Positions 40,317 through 49,425 of a stretch of 64,000 bases of DNA are shown here, in pieces. Source of the stretch: Vulcanimicrobiota bacterium (GTDB lineage Bacteria; Vulcanimicrobiota; Vulcanimicrobiia; Vulcanimicrobiales; Vulcanimicrobiaceae); the NCBI GenBank assembly GCA_963714015.1, contig OY970223.1, positions 3,456,001-3,520,000 of the forward strand. Direction: 5' to 3'. The notes beneath the pieces were generated by a model. It searched no databases and was not told the origin of the DNA. It saw only the letters and a program-made list of their open reading frames with translations. The translations under genes were made by a program, and so were the position numbers. Every line of letters begins with the position of its first letter. Positions within the stretch are counted from its first letter, which is position 1.

Positions 40317-41324
40317 CTATCCTCTGACCGCGACCACGACGGCCGTTACGACGAGGTTCAACGTTGCGACCGGAAGCAGCACTTTCCAGCCGAACGCCAT
40401 GAGCCGGTCGTACCGGAAACGCGGAAAGGTCGAGCGAAGCCAAATATAAACGAACATGAACAACCCGACTTTGAGCAAGAACCAGACGATTCCGGGAATG
40501 AAGGTGAGGTGGAGCGGCGCGTTCCAGCCGCCCAGGAACAGCAGTGTTGCGATGCACGAAACGGTCAGCATGTTGATGTATTCGGCGATGAAGAACAATC
40601 CGAAACGCAGCCCCGAATACTCCGTGTTGAAGCCGCCGACGAGTTCGGCGTCCGCTTCGACGAGATCGAACGGCGCGCGGTTCGTCTCGGCGATGGCGGT
40701 AATGATGTAAATGAGGAAGCCCACGATTTGCGGCAGGATGAACCACCATTGCGCCTGCGCGTTGACGATGCCGACGAGCGAGGTCGTTCCGGCAAGGATC
40801 AGCACGCCGATCAGCGACATCGACATCGCCAGTTCGTAGCTGATCATCTGCGCCGTCGCGCGCACGCTGCCGAGGAGCGGATACTTCGAGCCCGAGGCCC
40901 ACCCGCCCAGCGAAATGCCGTAGACGCCGATCGAAGTCAGCGCCAAGATAAAAAGAATCCCGGCATTCACGTCGCCGATGGCCCAAATGTTGCCCGGCGC
41001 GGGTTCGGAAAACGGAATAACCGCGTATACCGAGAGTGCCGTCACGAGCGAGATGAACGGCGCCAGCCGGTAGATCAACGGGTCCGCCGTCTTTGGGGTG
41101 AGATCTTCTTTGAGGATCAGCTTCACCGCGTCGACGGCCGGTTGCAGCAATCCCCAAGGCCCGACGCGGTTCGGTCCCGGCCGCATCTGCATCCAACCCA
41201 TGACTTTGCGCTCCGCCAGCATCGCGTACGCAAACGTCGTAATGACGACCAGGAGCAACACCGCGCACTTGACCACGATCACCCACCATACCGTCGCGGC
41301 CGGCGTCCACCATGCGCCGCTCAT
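40317..41324 (-). CDS. nuoH: NADH-quinone oxidoreductase subunit H
   Basis: ERKVMGWMQMRPGPNRVG, AETNRAPFDL, PRFRYD. Confidence 0.96.
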   Translation of the reverse strand: MSGAWWTPAATVWWVIVVKCAVLLLVVITTFAYAMLAERKVMGWMQMRPGPNRVGPWGLLQPAVDAVKLILKEDLTPKTADPLIYRLAPFISLVTALSVYAVIPFSEPAPGNIWAIGDVNAGILFILALTSIGVYGISLGGWASGSKYPLLGSVRATAQMISYELAMSMSLIGVLILAGTTSLVGIVNAQAQWWFILPQIVGFLIYIITAIAETNRAPFDLVEADAELVGGFNTEYSGLRFGLFFIAEYINMLTVSCIATLLFLGGWNAPLHLTFIPGIVWFLLKVGLFMFVYIWLRSTFPRFRYDRLMAFGWKVLLPVATLNLVVTAVVVAVRG

Positions 41325-43630
41325 CGCGCGCTTCCCACGGATTCCGGTACCTCGGCAGAGGGCCGAACATTGGCGATGCGGACGAAGCTCGCTTCGTCGA
41401 AGATGTTGGCGGGATCGTCGGATAGGCCGCCGATGAGCGCAACGATGCCGTCGGGCATTGCCGGACGCACTTCGACAAGCACGTCGCGCATCGTCTTCAC
41501 GTTTGCCGCGCCGTCTTCATCGGCTGACGCAATGTCGGCATAGTCGCCGGTCGAGACTCCCAGCACCGCCGCCGTGGACGCAGAGATCGCCGCTTGCGGA
41601 AGCGGACAAAGTTCGGTCATGCGATCGTCGTGCGCGCTGGTGCCGCCGCCGGCAAAGATGTGCGATTGAAGCGCGACGCGGAGCGCGCCTTCGGGCCGGG
41701 TAGCGGGCGCGGCGGTCGCGATGCGCGCGTAGCGATCGTCGCCGAAGGTAAACGCCGGCGTCTGCGCGAGCCGCGAGATCACCGTCGACTCCAATTCGTC
41801 CGCCATGGGGAGCGCGACGCCGAGTTTCTCGCACAAACCGATCAGCAACTCGAAGTCGCTGAGCACGCCGGACGGCGCCTCGAGTGCGTGGGCTGCGTTC
41901 ACCGGCAGCACATCGCCGGCCAGATTCGTCGTCGTACCCGTCTTTTCGAATCCGGCCTTTACGGGCAGCACGAGCGTTGCAAGTTTTGCGGTCTCCGTCA
42001 TGAAGAGCTCGGTTACGACGACGAATGGAACGTTCCGCAGCGCTTCACGCACGTACGCTGCGCCGCAGCAATGCAGTGCCGGATTCGCTCCGAAGATCGA
42101 CAGGACCGACATATTGCCGTCGTGCGCGGCGGCGAGCATTGCACTGGTATCGAGTCCACCGTCTGAGGGCAGCATGCCCATCGCTTCCGCACCGCGCGCG
42201 TTGGGCTGCTCGCCCGTGATGTAGGTGAGGATCCGGGCGTCCTTGGGAAGTTCGTCCAGCATCGCGCGGCCCAACGCCAAATCCGCGCCGTCCCAAATGA
42301 CCGCTATCCGCTTTGCGCCGGCCGGAAGCGCCGCGAGCGCGTCGCGAACGCTCTTAACGTCCGCGCAGGGAATTGGGCTCGGATACGCGCGCTCCATCGA
42401 TCCGACGCGAATCAGCTTGGCGCGTTTCTGGAAGGCCGCTTTGCGGACGCGCAGATCCATGATGGGCGCGCGCTCGGCCGGCGACTCGCCGATGATGAAG
42501 ATCGCATCGGCCGTTTCCAGATCTTCGAGCTTGCCGCCGTCGCGTCCGGGCGAGGCTTGCCGCTGCCGGCCTGCGCGCCAGTCGAGATTCTTCACGCCTT
42601 TGGCGCGGAAAATATATTGGAGCAGATACGCTTCTTCGTTCGTCAGCCGTCCGCCGCCGATCGCCCCCACGGTTTGTGGATTCGCCTTGATCGCTTCTTG
42701 GAGCGCCGTCGCCCAGATCAGCAGCGCGTCGTCCCAGTCGATCTGAATCCACGCGCCGTTCTGTTTGTAGAGCGGCTGCGTGAGACGCGCGCCGTTCTCG
42801 TAAAAGCCGACGTTGTAACGCCCCCGGTCGCACAGCCAGGTGTCGGAGATGGCGTCGTCGCTCTCCACGGACATCGTGCGCATCACTTTGCCGACGCGCA
42901 CGTCGACGTGCATCTGACATCCGACGGAGCACTGCGTGCACGTCGTCGTCGTGCGTCGCAAATCCCAAGGCCGCGACTTGAAGCGATACGTCTTGGACGT
43001 CAGTGCACCGACCGGACAAAGCTCCGTGACGTTTCCGGTAAAGTTGTGGCGGTAGGGCTCTCCCGTGGCCGTCGCGATGATGTTCCGGACGCCGCGATCC
43101 TTGAGCACGAGTTGCCGTTCGCCCACGAGCATGTCGTCAAAACGCACGCACCGCTGGCAGACGACGCATCGCTCTTCGTCGAGCACGATCGTCGGGCCCA
43201 GATCGACCGCCTTGGGTTTGGGAACTTTGGGATCGACGCTGCGCGAGTAATCCTGTCCATAGGCCATCGCGTAATCCTGAAGATCGCATTCCCCGCCCTT
43301 GTCGCAGATCGGGCAGTCCAGCGGATGATTCTTCAAATAAAACTCGAGCACCGAACGGCGTCCCTCGGCGGCGTTCGTGCTTTGAGTGTGCACGACCATG
43401 CCTTCGGCCGCAGCCGTATTGCAGCCGATCTGCAGCTTCGGCAGTCCCTCGACCTCGACCAAACAGATCCGGCACAATCCCGCCGGTCCCATCTTCGTGT
43501 GGTAGCAGTACACCGGAATCTCGCGCTTTATTTTTTTCGCGGCCTCGACCAGCAGCGTGCCTTTCGGCACGCTCAACTGGACCCCGTCGATCGTCAGAGT
43601 AACGAGTTGCGGCTGCGGACTATCCGGCAT
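41321..43630 (-). CDS. nuoG: NADH-quinone oxidoreductase subunit G
   Basis: CRICLVEV, NHPLDCPICDKGGECDLQD, CVVCQRC, CTQCSVGC. Confidence 0.95.
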   Translation of the reverse strand: MPDSPQPQLVTLTIDGVQLSVPKGTLLVEAAKKIKREIPVYCYHTKMGPAGLCRICLVEVEGLPKLQIGCNTAAAEGMVVHTQSTNAAEGRRSVLEFYLKNHPLDCPICDKGGECDLQDYAMAYGQDYSRSVDPKVPKPKAVDLGPTIVLDEERCVVCQRCVRFDDMLVGERQLVLKDRGVRNIIATATGEPYRHNFTGNVTELCPVGALTSKTYRFKSRPWDLRRTTTTCTQCSVGCQMHVDVRVGKVMRTMSVESDDAISDTWLCDRGRYNVGFYENGARLTQPLYKQNGAWIQIDWDDALLIWATALQEAIKANPQTVGAIGGGRLTNEEAYLLQYIFRAKGVKNLDWRAGRQRQASPGRDGGKLEDLETADAIFIIGESPAERAPIMDLRVRKAAFQKRAKLIRVGSMERAYPSPIPCADVKSVRDALAALPAGAKRIAVIWDGADLALGRAMLDELPKDARILTYITGEQPNARGAEAMGMLPSDGGLDTSAMLAAAHDGNMSVLSIFGANPALHCCGAAYVREALRNVPFVVVTELFMTETAKLATLVLPVKAGFEKTGTTTNLAGDVLPVNAAHALEAPSGVLSDFELLIGLCEKLGVALPMADELESTVISRLAQTPAFTFGDDRYARIATAAPATRPEGALRVALQSHIFAGGGTSAHDDRMTELCPLPQAAISASTAAVLGVSTGDYADIASADEDGAANVKTMRDVLVEVRPAMPDGIVALIGGLSDDPANIFDEASFVRIANVRPSAEVPESVGSAR

Positions 43631-43660
43631 GGTTCACCTTCCGGGCGTGCGGCATGAGCC

Positions 43661-44923
43661 TCATGCGGGCAAAGCCTTCTCTTGGATCGCGCGAGCTTGG
43701 AATTGCTCGGGGAAGCGCTTGAGCACCGAAAGCAAGAAAGGCTCGATGGAATCGCCGAGCGGACACAAGTTGATTCCGGTGATCTGATGCCCCACTTTGA
43801 GCAGCATATCGATGTCGGACCGAAGCGCGCGGCCCTCCACGAAACGGTGGAGCACGGTTTCGAGCCAATCGCCGCCCTCGCGGCACGGCGTGCACTGTCC
43901 GCACGATTCGTGCGCGAAGAAGCGCACCAAATTAAAGGCGGCTTTGACGAAATCGGTCGTGTCGTCCATTACGACCATCGCGCCGGAGCCGAGCATCGTG
44001 CCGGCTTTCGCGAGCGACTCGTAGTCGTACGGAAGATCGAGATGCTCCTCGAAGATGCACGCCGACGAACCGCCGCCCGGCTGAATCGCCATGAGCTTGC
44101 GTCCGTCGCGCAATCCGCCGGCGATCTCGATGAGTTCGCGCACCGGAATGCCCAGCGGCACCTCGTAGTTCCCGGGCTTTTTGACGTGCCCGCTGATGGA
44201 GATGATCTTGTAGCCCTTGCTGCGCTCGGTACCGGCGGCGGCAAACCACTCGGCGCCTTTTTCGAGAATCGGCACCAAATACGCGAGCGTTTCGACGTTG
44301 TTCACGACCGTCGGCATGCCGTACAATCCGGCTACCGCCGGAAAAGGCGGCTTCAGGCGCGGTTCGCCGCGCTTGCCTTCCAGCGAATTGAGCAGCGCGG
44401 TCTCTTCACCGCAGATGTACGCGCCCGCCCCGCGATGCACGGTGACCTCGAGATCGTAACCGGTTCCGAAAAGGTTCTTGCCGATGAATCCGGCCGCGCG
44501 CGCTTGCGCCACCGCGTCCATGAAGATTTGGTAGCCCCGTTTGAACTCGCCGCGAATATACATATATGCGTGGTGCGATCCGATGCCGTAGGCGCCCAGC
44601 AGAATCCCCTCGAGAACCAGATGCGGCGTCTCTTCGAGCAGCATGTGATCTTTGAACGTGCCGGGCTCGGCTTCGTCGCAGTTGCAGACCAAATAACGCG
44701 GCTTATCGTTACCGGGCAGGAACGACCATTTGCGCCCGGTCGGAAATCCGGCGCCGCCGCGTCCGCGAAGGCCCGATTTGTCCGCCGCCTCCAATACGTC
44801 GGCGGGCTTCAGCGTCTTGAACGCGCGCTGCAACTGTTTGTAGCCGCCCCGGTCTTTGTAGACCGCGATGTCGCGCAGATTCGCCTCGCCGATTCCTTCG
44901 GTGAGCACTTTGACCACCGGCAT
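43661..44923 (-). CDS. nuoF: NADH-quinone oxidoreductase subunit F
   Basis: GLRGRGGAGFPTG, EPGTFKD, GAGAYICGEETAL, ESCGQCTPCREG. Confidence 0.97.
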   Translation of the reverse strand: MPVVKVLTEGIGEANLRDIAVYKDRGGYKQLQRAFKTLKPADVLEAADKSGLRGRGGAGFPTGRKWSFLPGNDKPRYLVCNCDEAEPGTFKDHMLLEETPHLVLEGILLGAYGIGSHHAYMYIRGEFKRGYQIFMDAVAQARAAGFIGKNLFGTGYDLEVTVHRGAGAYICGEETALLNSLEGKRGEPRLKPPFPAVAGLYGMPTVVNNVETLAYLVPILEKGAEWFAAAGTERSKGYKIISISGHVKKPGNYEVPLGIPVRELIEIAGGLRDGRKLMAIQPGGGSSACIFEEHLDLPYDYESLAKAGTMLGSGAMVVMDDTTDFVKAAFNLVRFFAHESCGQCTPCREGGDWLETVLHRFVEGRALRSDIDMLLKVGHQITGINLCPLGDSIEPFLLSVLKRFPEQFQARAIQEKALPA

Positions 44924-45684
44924 CAGTGCGCCGCTCCGTCTTCGAGTACCGCTGCAATCGCCGGTTCCACGTTGGCTAGACGCTCTTTCGTCCGCCCCTT
45001 AAAACGCGCTTCCTGCATGATGATGCGATCGAGCATGATGATCCCGTCTTTATCCAAACCGCCGGCGTTGTCCGGATTCGGCTGGTCGATCGCGCCCGCG
45101 GACTTCTCACCGGTCGAGACCTGCGTGCCTTGATTTACCGTCCAAGTGCGTGCCGGCGCTTCGGTTTGCGCCATGGGCGCCACGGGATACGTGCCCGCGC
45201 GCATGGCCGCGATCATCTCGTCGATCATCCGCGGCTCAAGATCGTACACGAACTCGAGATTCACCTGCATGCACGTCGCGCGGTCGCAAGCCGCAAGACA
45301 CTCGACCTCTTCGTACGAAAACAACCCGTCGGCCGTCGTCTGCAGATGGCCGATGCCGAGCTTCTCCCGAAAGTACGCCATGACGTCTTCCGCGCCGTCG
45401 ATCGTGCACGCCAATCCGCGGCACACCTGAAGCACGTACTTGCCGACCGGCCTACGAAAGAACAGCGTGTAAAACGAAACCGTCGACTCCACCACGGCGA
45501 GCGAAAGGTCGAGCATCTCGCTAACCGCGCGCATCGCCTCCGGACTTGCAAATCCCTCATGTTCCTGGAACAAGTGCACCAGCGGCAGCAGCGCCGAACG
45601 CGGCTGCTCGTACTGCGCAATAATCGCCTCACACTGCGGCTTTAATCGCTCTCGCAGCGCCGCAAAATCATCGACTCTGCTCAT
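44923..45684 (-). CDS. nuoE: NADH-quinone oxidoreductase subunit E (C-terminal extension)
   Basis: SFYTLF, CRGLAC, ECLAAC. ATG 45684 with GGAG SD. Confidence 0.93.
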   Translation of the reverse strand: MSRVDDFAALRERLKPQCEAIIAQYEQPRSALLPLVHLFQEHEGFASPEAMRAVSEMLDLSLAVVESTVSFYTLFFRRPVGKYVLQVCRGLACTIDGAEDVMAYFREKLGIGHLQTTADGLFSYEEVECLAACDRATCMQVNLEFVYDLEPRMIDEMIAAMRAGTYPVAPMAQTEAPARTWTVNQGTQVSTGEKSAGAIDQPNPDNAGGLDKDGIIMLDRIIMQEARFKGRTKERLANVEPAIAAVLEDGAAH

Positions 45685-45692
45685 GCCTGCTC

Positions 45693-45891
45693 CGTATTGC
45701 GCAGCGCATCGCGGCCGGCGACCGGCATCCGTGCATGTCGCCGCTAGAAAATTTCCATCCGTGGAAATTTTCTGCTCGCGCCGCATTTTTCGCAAAACAA
45801 GTTTTGAAGCTGCCATCCCGGCAGGGCGAAAAATGTCGGAGCGCGCCGTGCACGCAGCCGTGTCGCCGGCCGCGATGCGTTACGAAATTCG
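45693..45891 (-). repeat. Structured palindromic element, unit A
   Basis: Perfect 18-bp inverted repeat 45705-45722/45862-45879, imperfectly extendable, enclosing an AT-rich multi-hairpin core homologous to unit B in opposite orientation. Confidence 0.8.
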
Positions 45892-45945
45892 TCGTATCAA
45901 GCGTGCGTCAAGGCGCCGATTTGCGGCACGCGCTTTATTCCACAA

Positions 45946-46146
45946 GCTGATGCGAGGAATGCGTGAGGTTGGGCGGGATCACCGGTTCGGGGGACACTCT
46001 GATAATTTCGCGCAAACCCGGAGGGTTTCTTCAAAACTTCGTTCTCGCGAAATTTCAGGTAGCAGAAAATTGCCATGGAGGGCAATTTTCGAGCGTGTCC
46101 CCGGAACCGGTGATCCCGCCCAACCTCACGCATTCCTCGCATCAGC
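45946..46146 (+). repeat. Structured palindromic element, unit B (MITE/REP-like)
   Basis: 52-bp inverted repeat with one mismatch (45946-45997/46095-46146) enclosing a multi-hairpin core. The right arm includes the nuoD stop codon. Confidence 0.88.
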
Positions 46147-47353
46147 GATCCACCTCGCCGAAAACGGGATCCAGAGAGCCGATCATCACGACGAGGTCGG
46201 CGATCAGATTGCCGGGCGCGAGACCTTTGAGCGATTGCAGGTTGTACATCGACGGCGGCCGCGTGCGAATGCGATAAGGGCGGTTTCCTCCGTCGGAGAC
46301 CAGATAGAAGCCGAGTTCGCCGCGGGGGCCTTCGACGGCTTGGTAGACGTCGCCGGGCGGGACGCGGAAGCCTTCGGTCATGATTTTGAAGTGATGGATC
46401 AGCGCTTCCATTGAGAGCGCGATCGTTTCTTTGGGCGGAGCGACGATCTTGGCGTCGTCGATCGTTACGGGACCGGGTTGGAGCGTGCGCCGGATCTGCT
46501 CGATGATGCGCATCGACTCTTCCATCTCGTCCAGACGCACCAGGAAACGTGCGTAAGAGTCGCCTTCCTCCCGCGTAGGAATGTCGAACTGATAGTTTTC
46601 GTAGCCGCAATAAGGATAGGCTTTACGGACGTCGTATGCGACGCCGCTTGCGCGCAGGCTCGGACCGGTGACGCTCCACTGGACCGCTTCTTCCGGCGTC
46701 ATGATTCCCACGTCGATCATGCGATCTTGCAGAATGGGATTGGCCTGGAGCAGCGCCCGCAGATCGCGCATGCGTCCGGGAAACTTTTCGATGAGCGCGT
46801 CCAGGCGGTCGAGATATCCCTCCGGCAGATCGCCGTTCACGCCGCCGACGCGCATGTAATTGGGATGCATGCGCGCGCCGCCGGCGGCCTCTTGCATGTC
46901 GAGGATATTCTCGCGCAGATCGAACGTGTAGAAAAACACCGAAAGCGCGCCCAGATCGATCCCGCCCGTTCCGAGCCAGACGCAGTGCGAAGCGATGCGC
47001 GTGAGTTCGGCGCTCAGCACGCGAATCTGCTGCGCGCGCTGCGGAATGTCGTTCGTGATGCCGAGCAGTTTCTCGACTGCGAGCGCATAACACAGCGCGT
47101 TGCTGCTGGGCGCAAGATAGTCCATGCGCTCGACGTTCGTCTGTGCCGTCGACCAGAACTGATTTTCGCAATTCTTTTCGATGCCCGTGTGGAGATAACC
47201 GATCTCCGGCTCGGCTTTGACGATGTTCTCGCCTTCGATCTCCAGCATGATCTGCAGAACGCCGTGCGTCGAGGGATGCTGCGGTCCCATCGAGAGGACC
47301 ATCGAGTTCCCGTCTTTGGAGACGATCTCGGGAGTGAGCGCGGTAAACGACAT
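46142..47353 (-). CDS. nuoD: NADH-quinone oxidoreductase subunit D
   Basis: MGPQHPSTHGVL, GYLHTGIEK, EGPRGELG, SLDPVFGEVDR. Confidence 0.97.
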   Translation of the reverse strand: MSFTALTPEIVSKDGNSMVLSMGPQHPSTHGVLQIMLEIEGENIVKAEPEIGYLHTGIEKNCENQFWSTAQTNVERMDYLAPSSNALCYALAVEKLLGITNDIPQRAQQIRVLSAELTRIASHCVWLGTGGIDLGALSVFFYTFDLRENILDMQEAAGGARMHPNYMRVGGVNGDLPEGYLDRLDALIEKFPGRMRDLRALLQANPILQDRMIDVGIMTPEEAVQWSVTGPSLRASGVAYDVRKAYPYCGYENYQFDIPTREEGDSYARFLVRLDEMEESMRIIEQIRRTLQPGPVTIDDAKIVAPPKETIALSMEALIHHFKIMTEGFRVPPGDVYQAVEGPRGELGFYLVSDGGNRPYRIRTRPPSMYNLQSLKGLAPGNLIADLVVMIGSLDPVFGEVDR

Positions 47354-47952
47354 CAGCGGCCTTCGCGAGCTTTGGCGATCTGCGCTTGCAGCGCTTCCAG
47401 CGTGCGTCCGGACGGCGGCGTGCCGGCATTCACGTTGCTCTTCAGAGCGAACGCCGGGCGCGGCGAATGCTCGCGCGCCGGGCCGCGCAGCGGGTAGTCC
47501 TTGCGCAGCGGATAGCCTTCCCAATCGTTGGGCATTTGAATGCGGCGCATATCGGGATGCCCTTCGAACGCGATCCCGAACAGATCGTAGATCTCGCGCT
47601 CAGCCCAGTCCGCAGACTTCCACAAGTCCGTTGAGGTGGGAAGTAACGGACGTTCGTCCGGAACGCCGCAAAGCAGCCGCAAGCGTTGGGGAGCACCCAC
47701 TTCGGCAACGTTCGATTTGCGCAGCGGCATCTTCAGCAGATGGTAAACGACGTCGAAGCGCGGCGCGCGCTCGGGGTAATCGGCACCGCCGATATCCAGC
47801 AAAAGCGAGTAACCCTCGGCCTTGAGCGCTTTAAGCCGCGAATGAAGCTGCTCGGGCTGGATGCGCTCGATCTGAGCGTCGTCGATAGCCGGACGCACGG
47901 CAGTCGGGTCAATCGCGCCGCCCAACAGCGGCGGTGATTGCGTGCTTGGCAT
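47353..47952 (-). CDS. nuoC: NADH-quinone oxidoreductase subunit C
   Basis: ADWAEREIYDLFGIAFEGHPD, GYPLRKDYP. Confidence 0.96.
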   Translation of the reverse strand: MPSTQSPPLLGGAIDPTAVRPAIDDAQIERIQPEQLHSRLKALKAEGYSLLLDIGGADYPERAPRFDVVYHLLKMPLRKSNVAEVGAPQRLRLLCGVPDERPLLPTSTDLWKSADWAEREIYDLFGIAFEGHPDMRRIQMPNDWEGYPLRKDYPLRGPAREHSPRPAFALKSNVNAGTPPSGRTLEALQAQIAKAREGR

Positions 47953-47992
47953 GAACCTCTCTCGTTTCTGGCTGGTGAGCTGGTCTCGTGCA

Positions 47993-48472
47993 CTAGGCTC
48001 GGGCTAGGATACCGCCGCGGCCGCCTTCGCGGATTTGCTGCTGAATCAGATTTACCGCGTAAAGCAGACCATCGGGCGTGGGCGGACAACCGGGAACGTA
48101 GACGTCGACCGGAATGATCGTGTCGACGCCTTGGACGACCGCGTAGTTGTCGAAGACTCCGCCGGAGCTGGCGCAAGCGCCCATCGATATGACCCACTTC
48201 GGATCCGCCATTTGATCGTAGAGCCGCTTGACGACCGGCGCCATCTTCTGCGCAACGCGGCCCGAAACGATCATCAGATCCGCTTGCCGCGGCGAGGGAC
48301 GAAAGACTTCGGATCCCAACCGCGCGATGTCGTATTCCGAGGACGTTACGGACATCATCTCAATCGCGCAGCAAGCCAGGCCCATCGTGAGGGGCCACAC
48401 GCTGGAACTCTGTGCCCAACGCGCCACCTCGTCGAGCTTGGCCAGAAAAAATTGCCCCGGTCCTATCTCCAT
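47993..48472 (-). CDS. nuoB: NADH-quinone oxidoreductase subunit B
   Basis: [29 protein letters not shown]. Confidence 0.97.
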   Translation of the reverse strand: MEIGPGQFFLAKLDEVARWAQSSSVWPLTMGLACCAIEMMSVTSSEYDIARLGSEVFRPSPRQADLMIVSGRVAQKMAPVVKRLYDQMADPKWVISMGACASSGGVFDNYAVVQGVDTIIPVDVYVPGCPPTPDGLLYAVNLIQQQIREGGRGGILARA

Positions 48473-48816
48473 TCAAAGCCTCGCTTCTTCCACACATAGG
48501 CATACCCGATAGCCAAAACGAGGACGAAGATGACCATCTCGACCAAGCCGAAGACGCGCAATCCGTGCATCTCCACTGCCCACGGATAAAAGGAGGCCGC
48601 TTCGACGTCGAGGACGACGAAGAGCATGGCGATCAAATAAAATTTGACGGGAAACCGGCCGGATATGCTCGAGGTCGGTTCGACCCCGCACTCGTACGCC
48701 TGCTCCTTTTCGGGATTCGGCTTGCGCTGCGCGAGCAGCCCGGGCAACAAACTGAAACCAAGTGCGGCAGCGAACGCGACGGCCACAAAAATCGCTACTG
48801 GAGCATACGGAGTCAT
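48463..48816 (-). CDS. nuoA: NADH-quinone oxidoreductase subunit A
   Basis: [21 protein letters not shown] 48816 preferred, alternative GTG 48834. Confidence 0.95.
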   Translation of the reverse strand: MTPYAPVAIFVAVAFAAALGFSLLPGLLAQRKPNPEKEQAYECGVEPTSSISGRFPVKFYLIAMLFVVLDVEAASFYPWAVEMHGLRVFGLVEMVIFVLVLAIGYAYVWKKRGFEWR

Positions 48817-48818
48817 CG

Positions 48819-48836
48819 CTGTGAAATTATTCACAA
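48819..48836. promoter_or_regulatory. Rex-type operator (alternatively a CRP/FNR-family site) at the head of the nuo operon
   Basis: TTGTGAA-TAAT-TTCACAG on the minus strand, one mismatch to the Rex consensus TTGTGAANNNNTTCACAA. Confidence 0.7.
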
Positions 48837-48950
48837 GCGACGCTCATCCCCTACTCTGCGTTAAGAAACTATTGAGATGCTACTATTGTGGCACTTGCCT
48901 CACCCTCGTATGCTGACGGGGGAACGCAGCAGCCGCAAGAAAGGAACCGC

Positions 48951-49421
48951 ATGCGCAAATTCTGGGTGCTCGGATTCGTTTTTCTTTGCTTGGGAGCCAA
49001 CGGCGGCGGGTGCAGCAATCCCAATGCGATCGGCGTTCAGCAGTACGGAACGGTCGTCGGACGAATCCTCGACGCAACGAACAACCGCCCGGTCCCGAAT
49101 GCGCTCGTTTCGGTCGGATCGATCTATACCGCGTACGCCGACGCGACGGGCGCGTTCCAGGTGCCGAACGTTCCGATCGGACCGCAGGACGTCACCGCGA
49201 CCGCACCGGGATACGAACGAAATTCGGTGCGTACCCGGATTCGGGAAAAGCAAGCAGTCAGCGTAGGATACCTGCGGATCATGCCGCTTACCGGCGGGCC
49301 GACCGCGCCGCCGCCGCCTACGCCGAGCCCGACACCAGGCATAGCGACGCCGATTCCCGCACTGACTCCGGGACCGAGCCCCCACGGATCGGGGGCGCCG
49401 GCCGCCGCTTCCACGCCGTAA
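48951..49421 (+). CDS. Secreted/lipoprotein with carboxypeptidase-regulatory-like domain and Pro-rich tail
   Basis: SD AAAGGA, hydrophobic leader ending GGGC, GTVVGRILDA..PVPNALV..DATGAF..APGY. Confidence 0.75.
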   Translation: MRKFWVLGFVFLCLGANGGGCSNPNAIGVQQYGTVVGRILDATNNRPVPNALVSVGSIYTAYADATGAFQVPNVPIGPQDVTATAPGYERNSVRTRIREKQAVSVGYLRIMPLTGGPTAPPPPTPSPTPGIATPIPALTPGPSPHGSGAPAAASTP

Positions 49422-49425
49422 CGCG

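Noticed and set aside
45935..45944. DnaA-box-like TTATTCCACA
   Set aside because: Single imperfect match with no cluster or origin context.
46025..46045. CTTCAAA resembling a tRNA-Sec anticodon loop (also at ~45800 on the minus strand)
   Set aside because: Flanks do not form an anticodon stem, and there is no T-arm or acceptor stem.
45946..46060. Hammerhead ribozyme suggested by CTGATG/CTGATA and GAAA
   Set aside because: No CUGANGA core in the correct three-stem arrangement.
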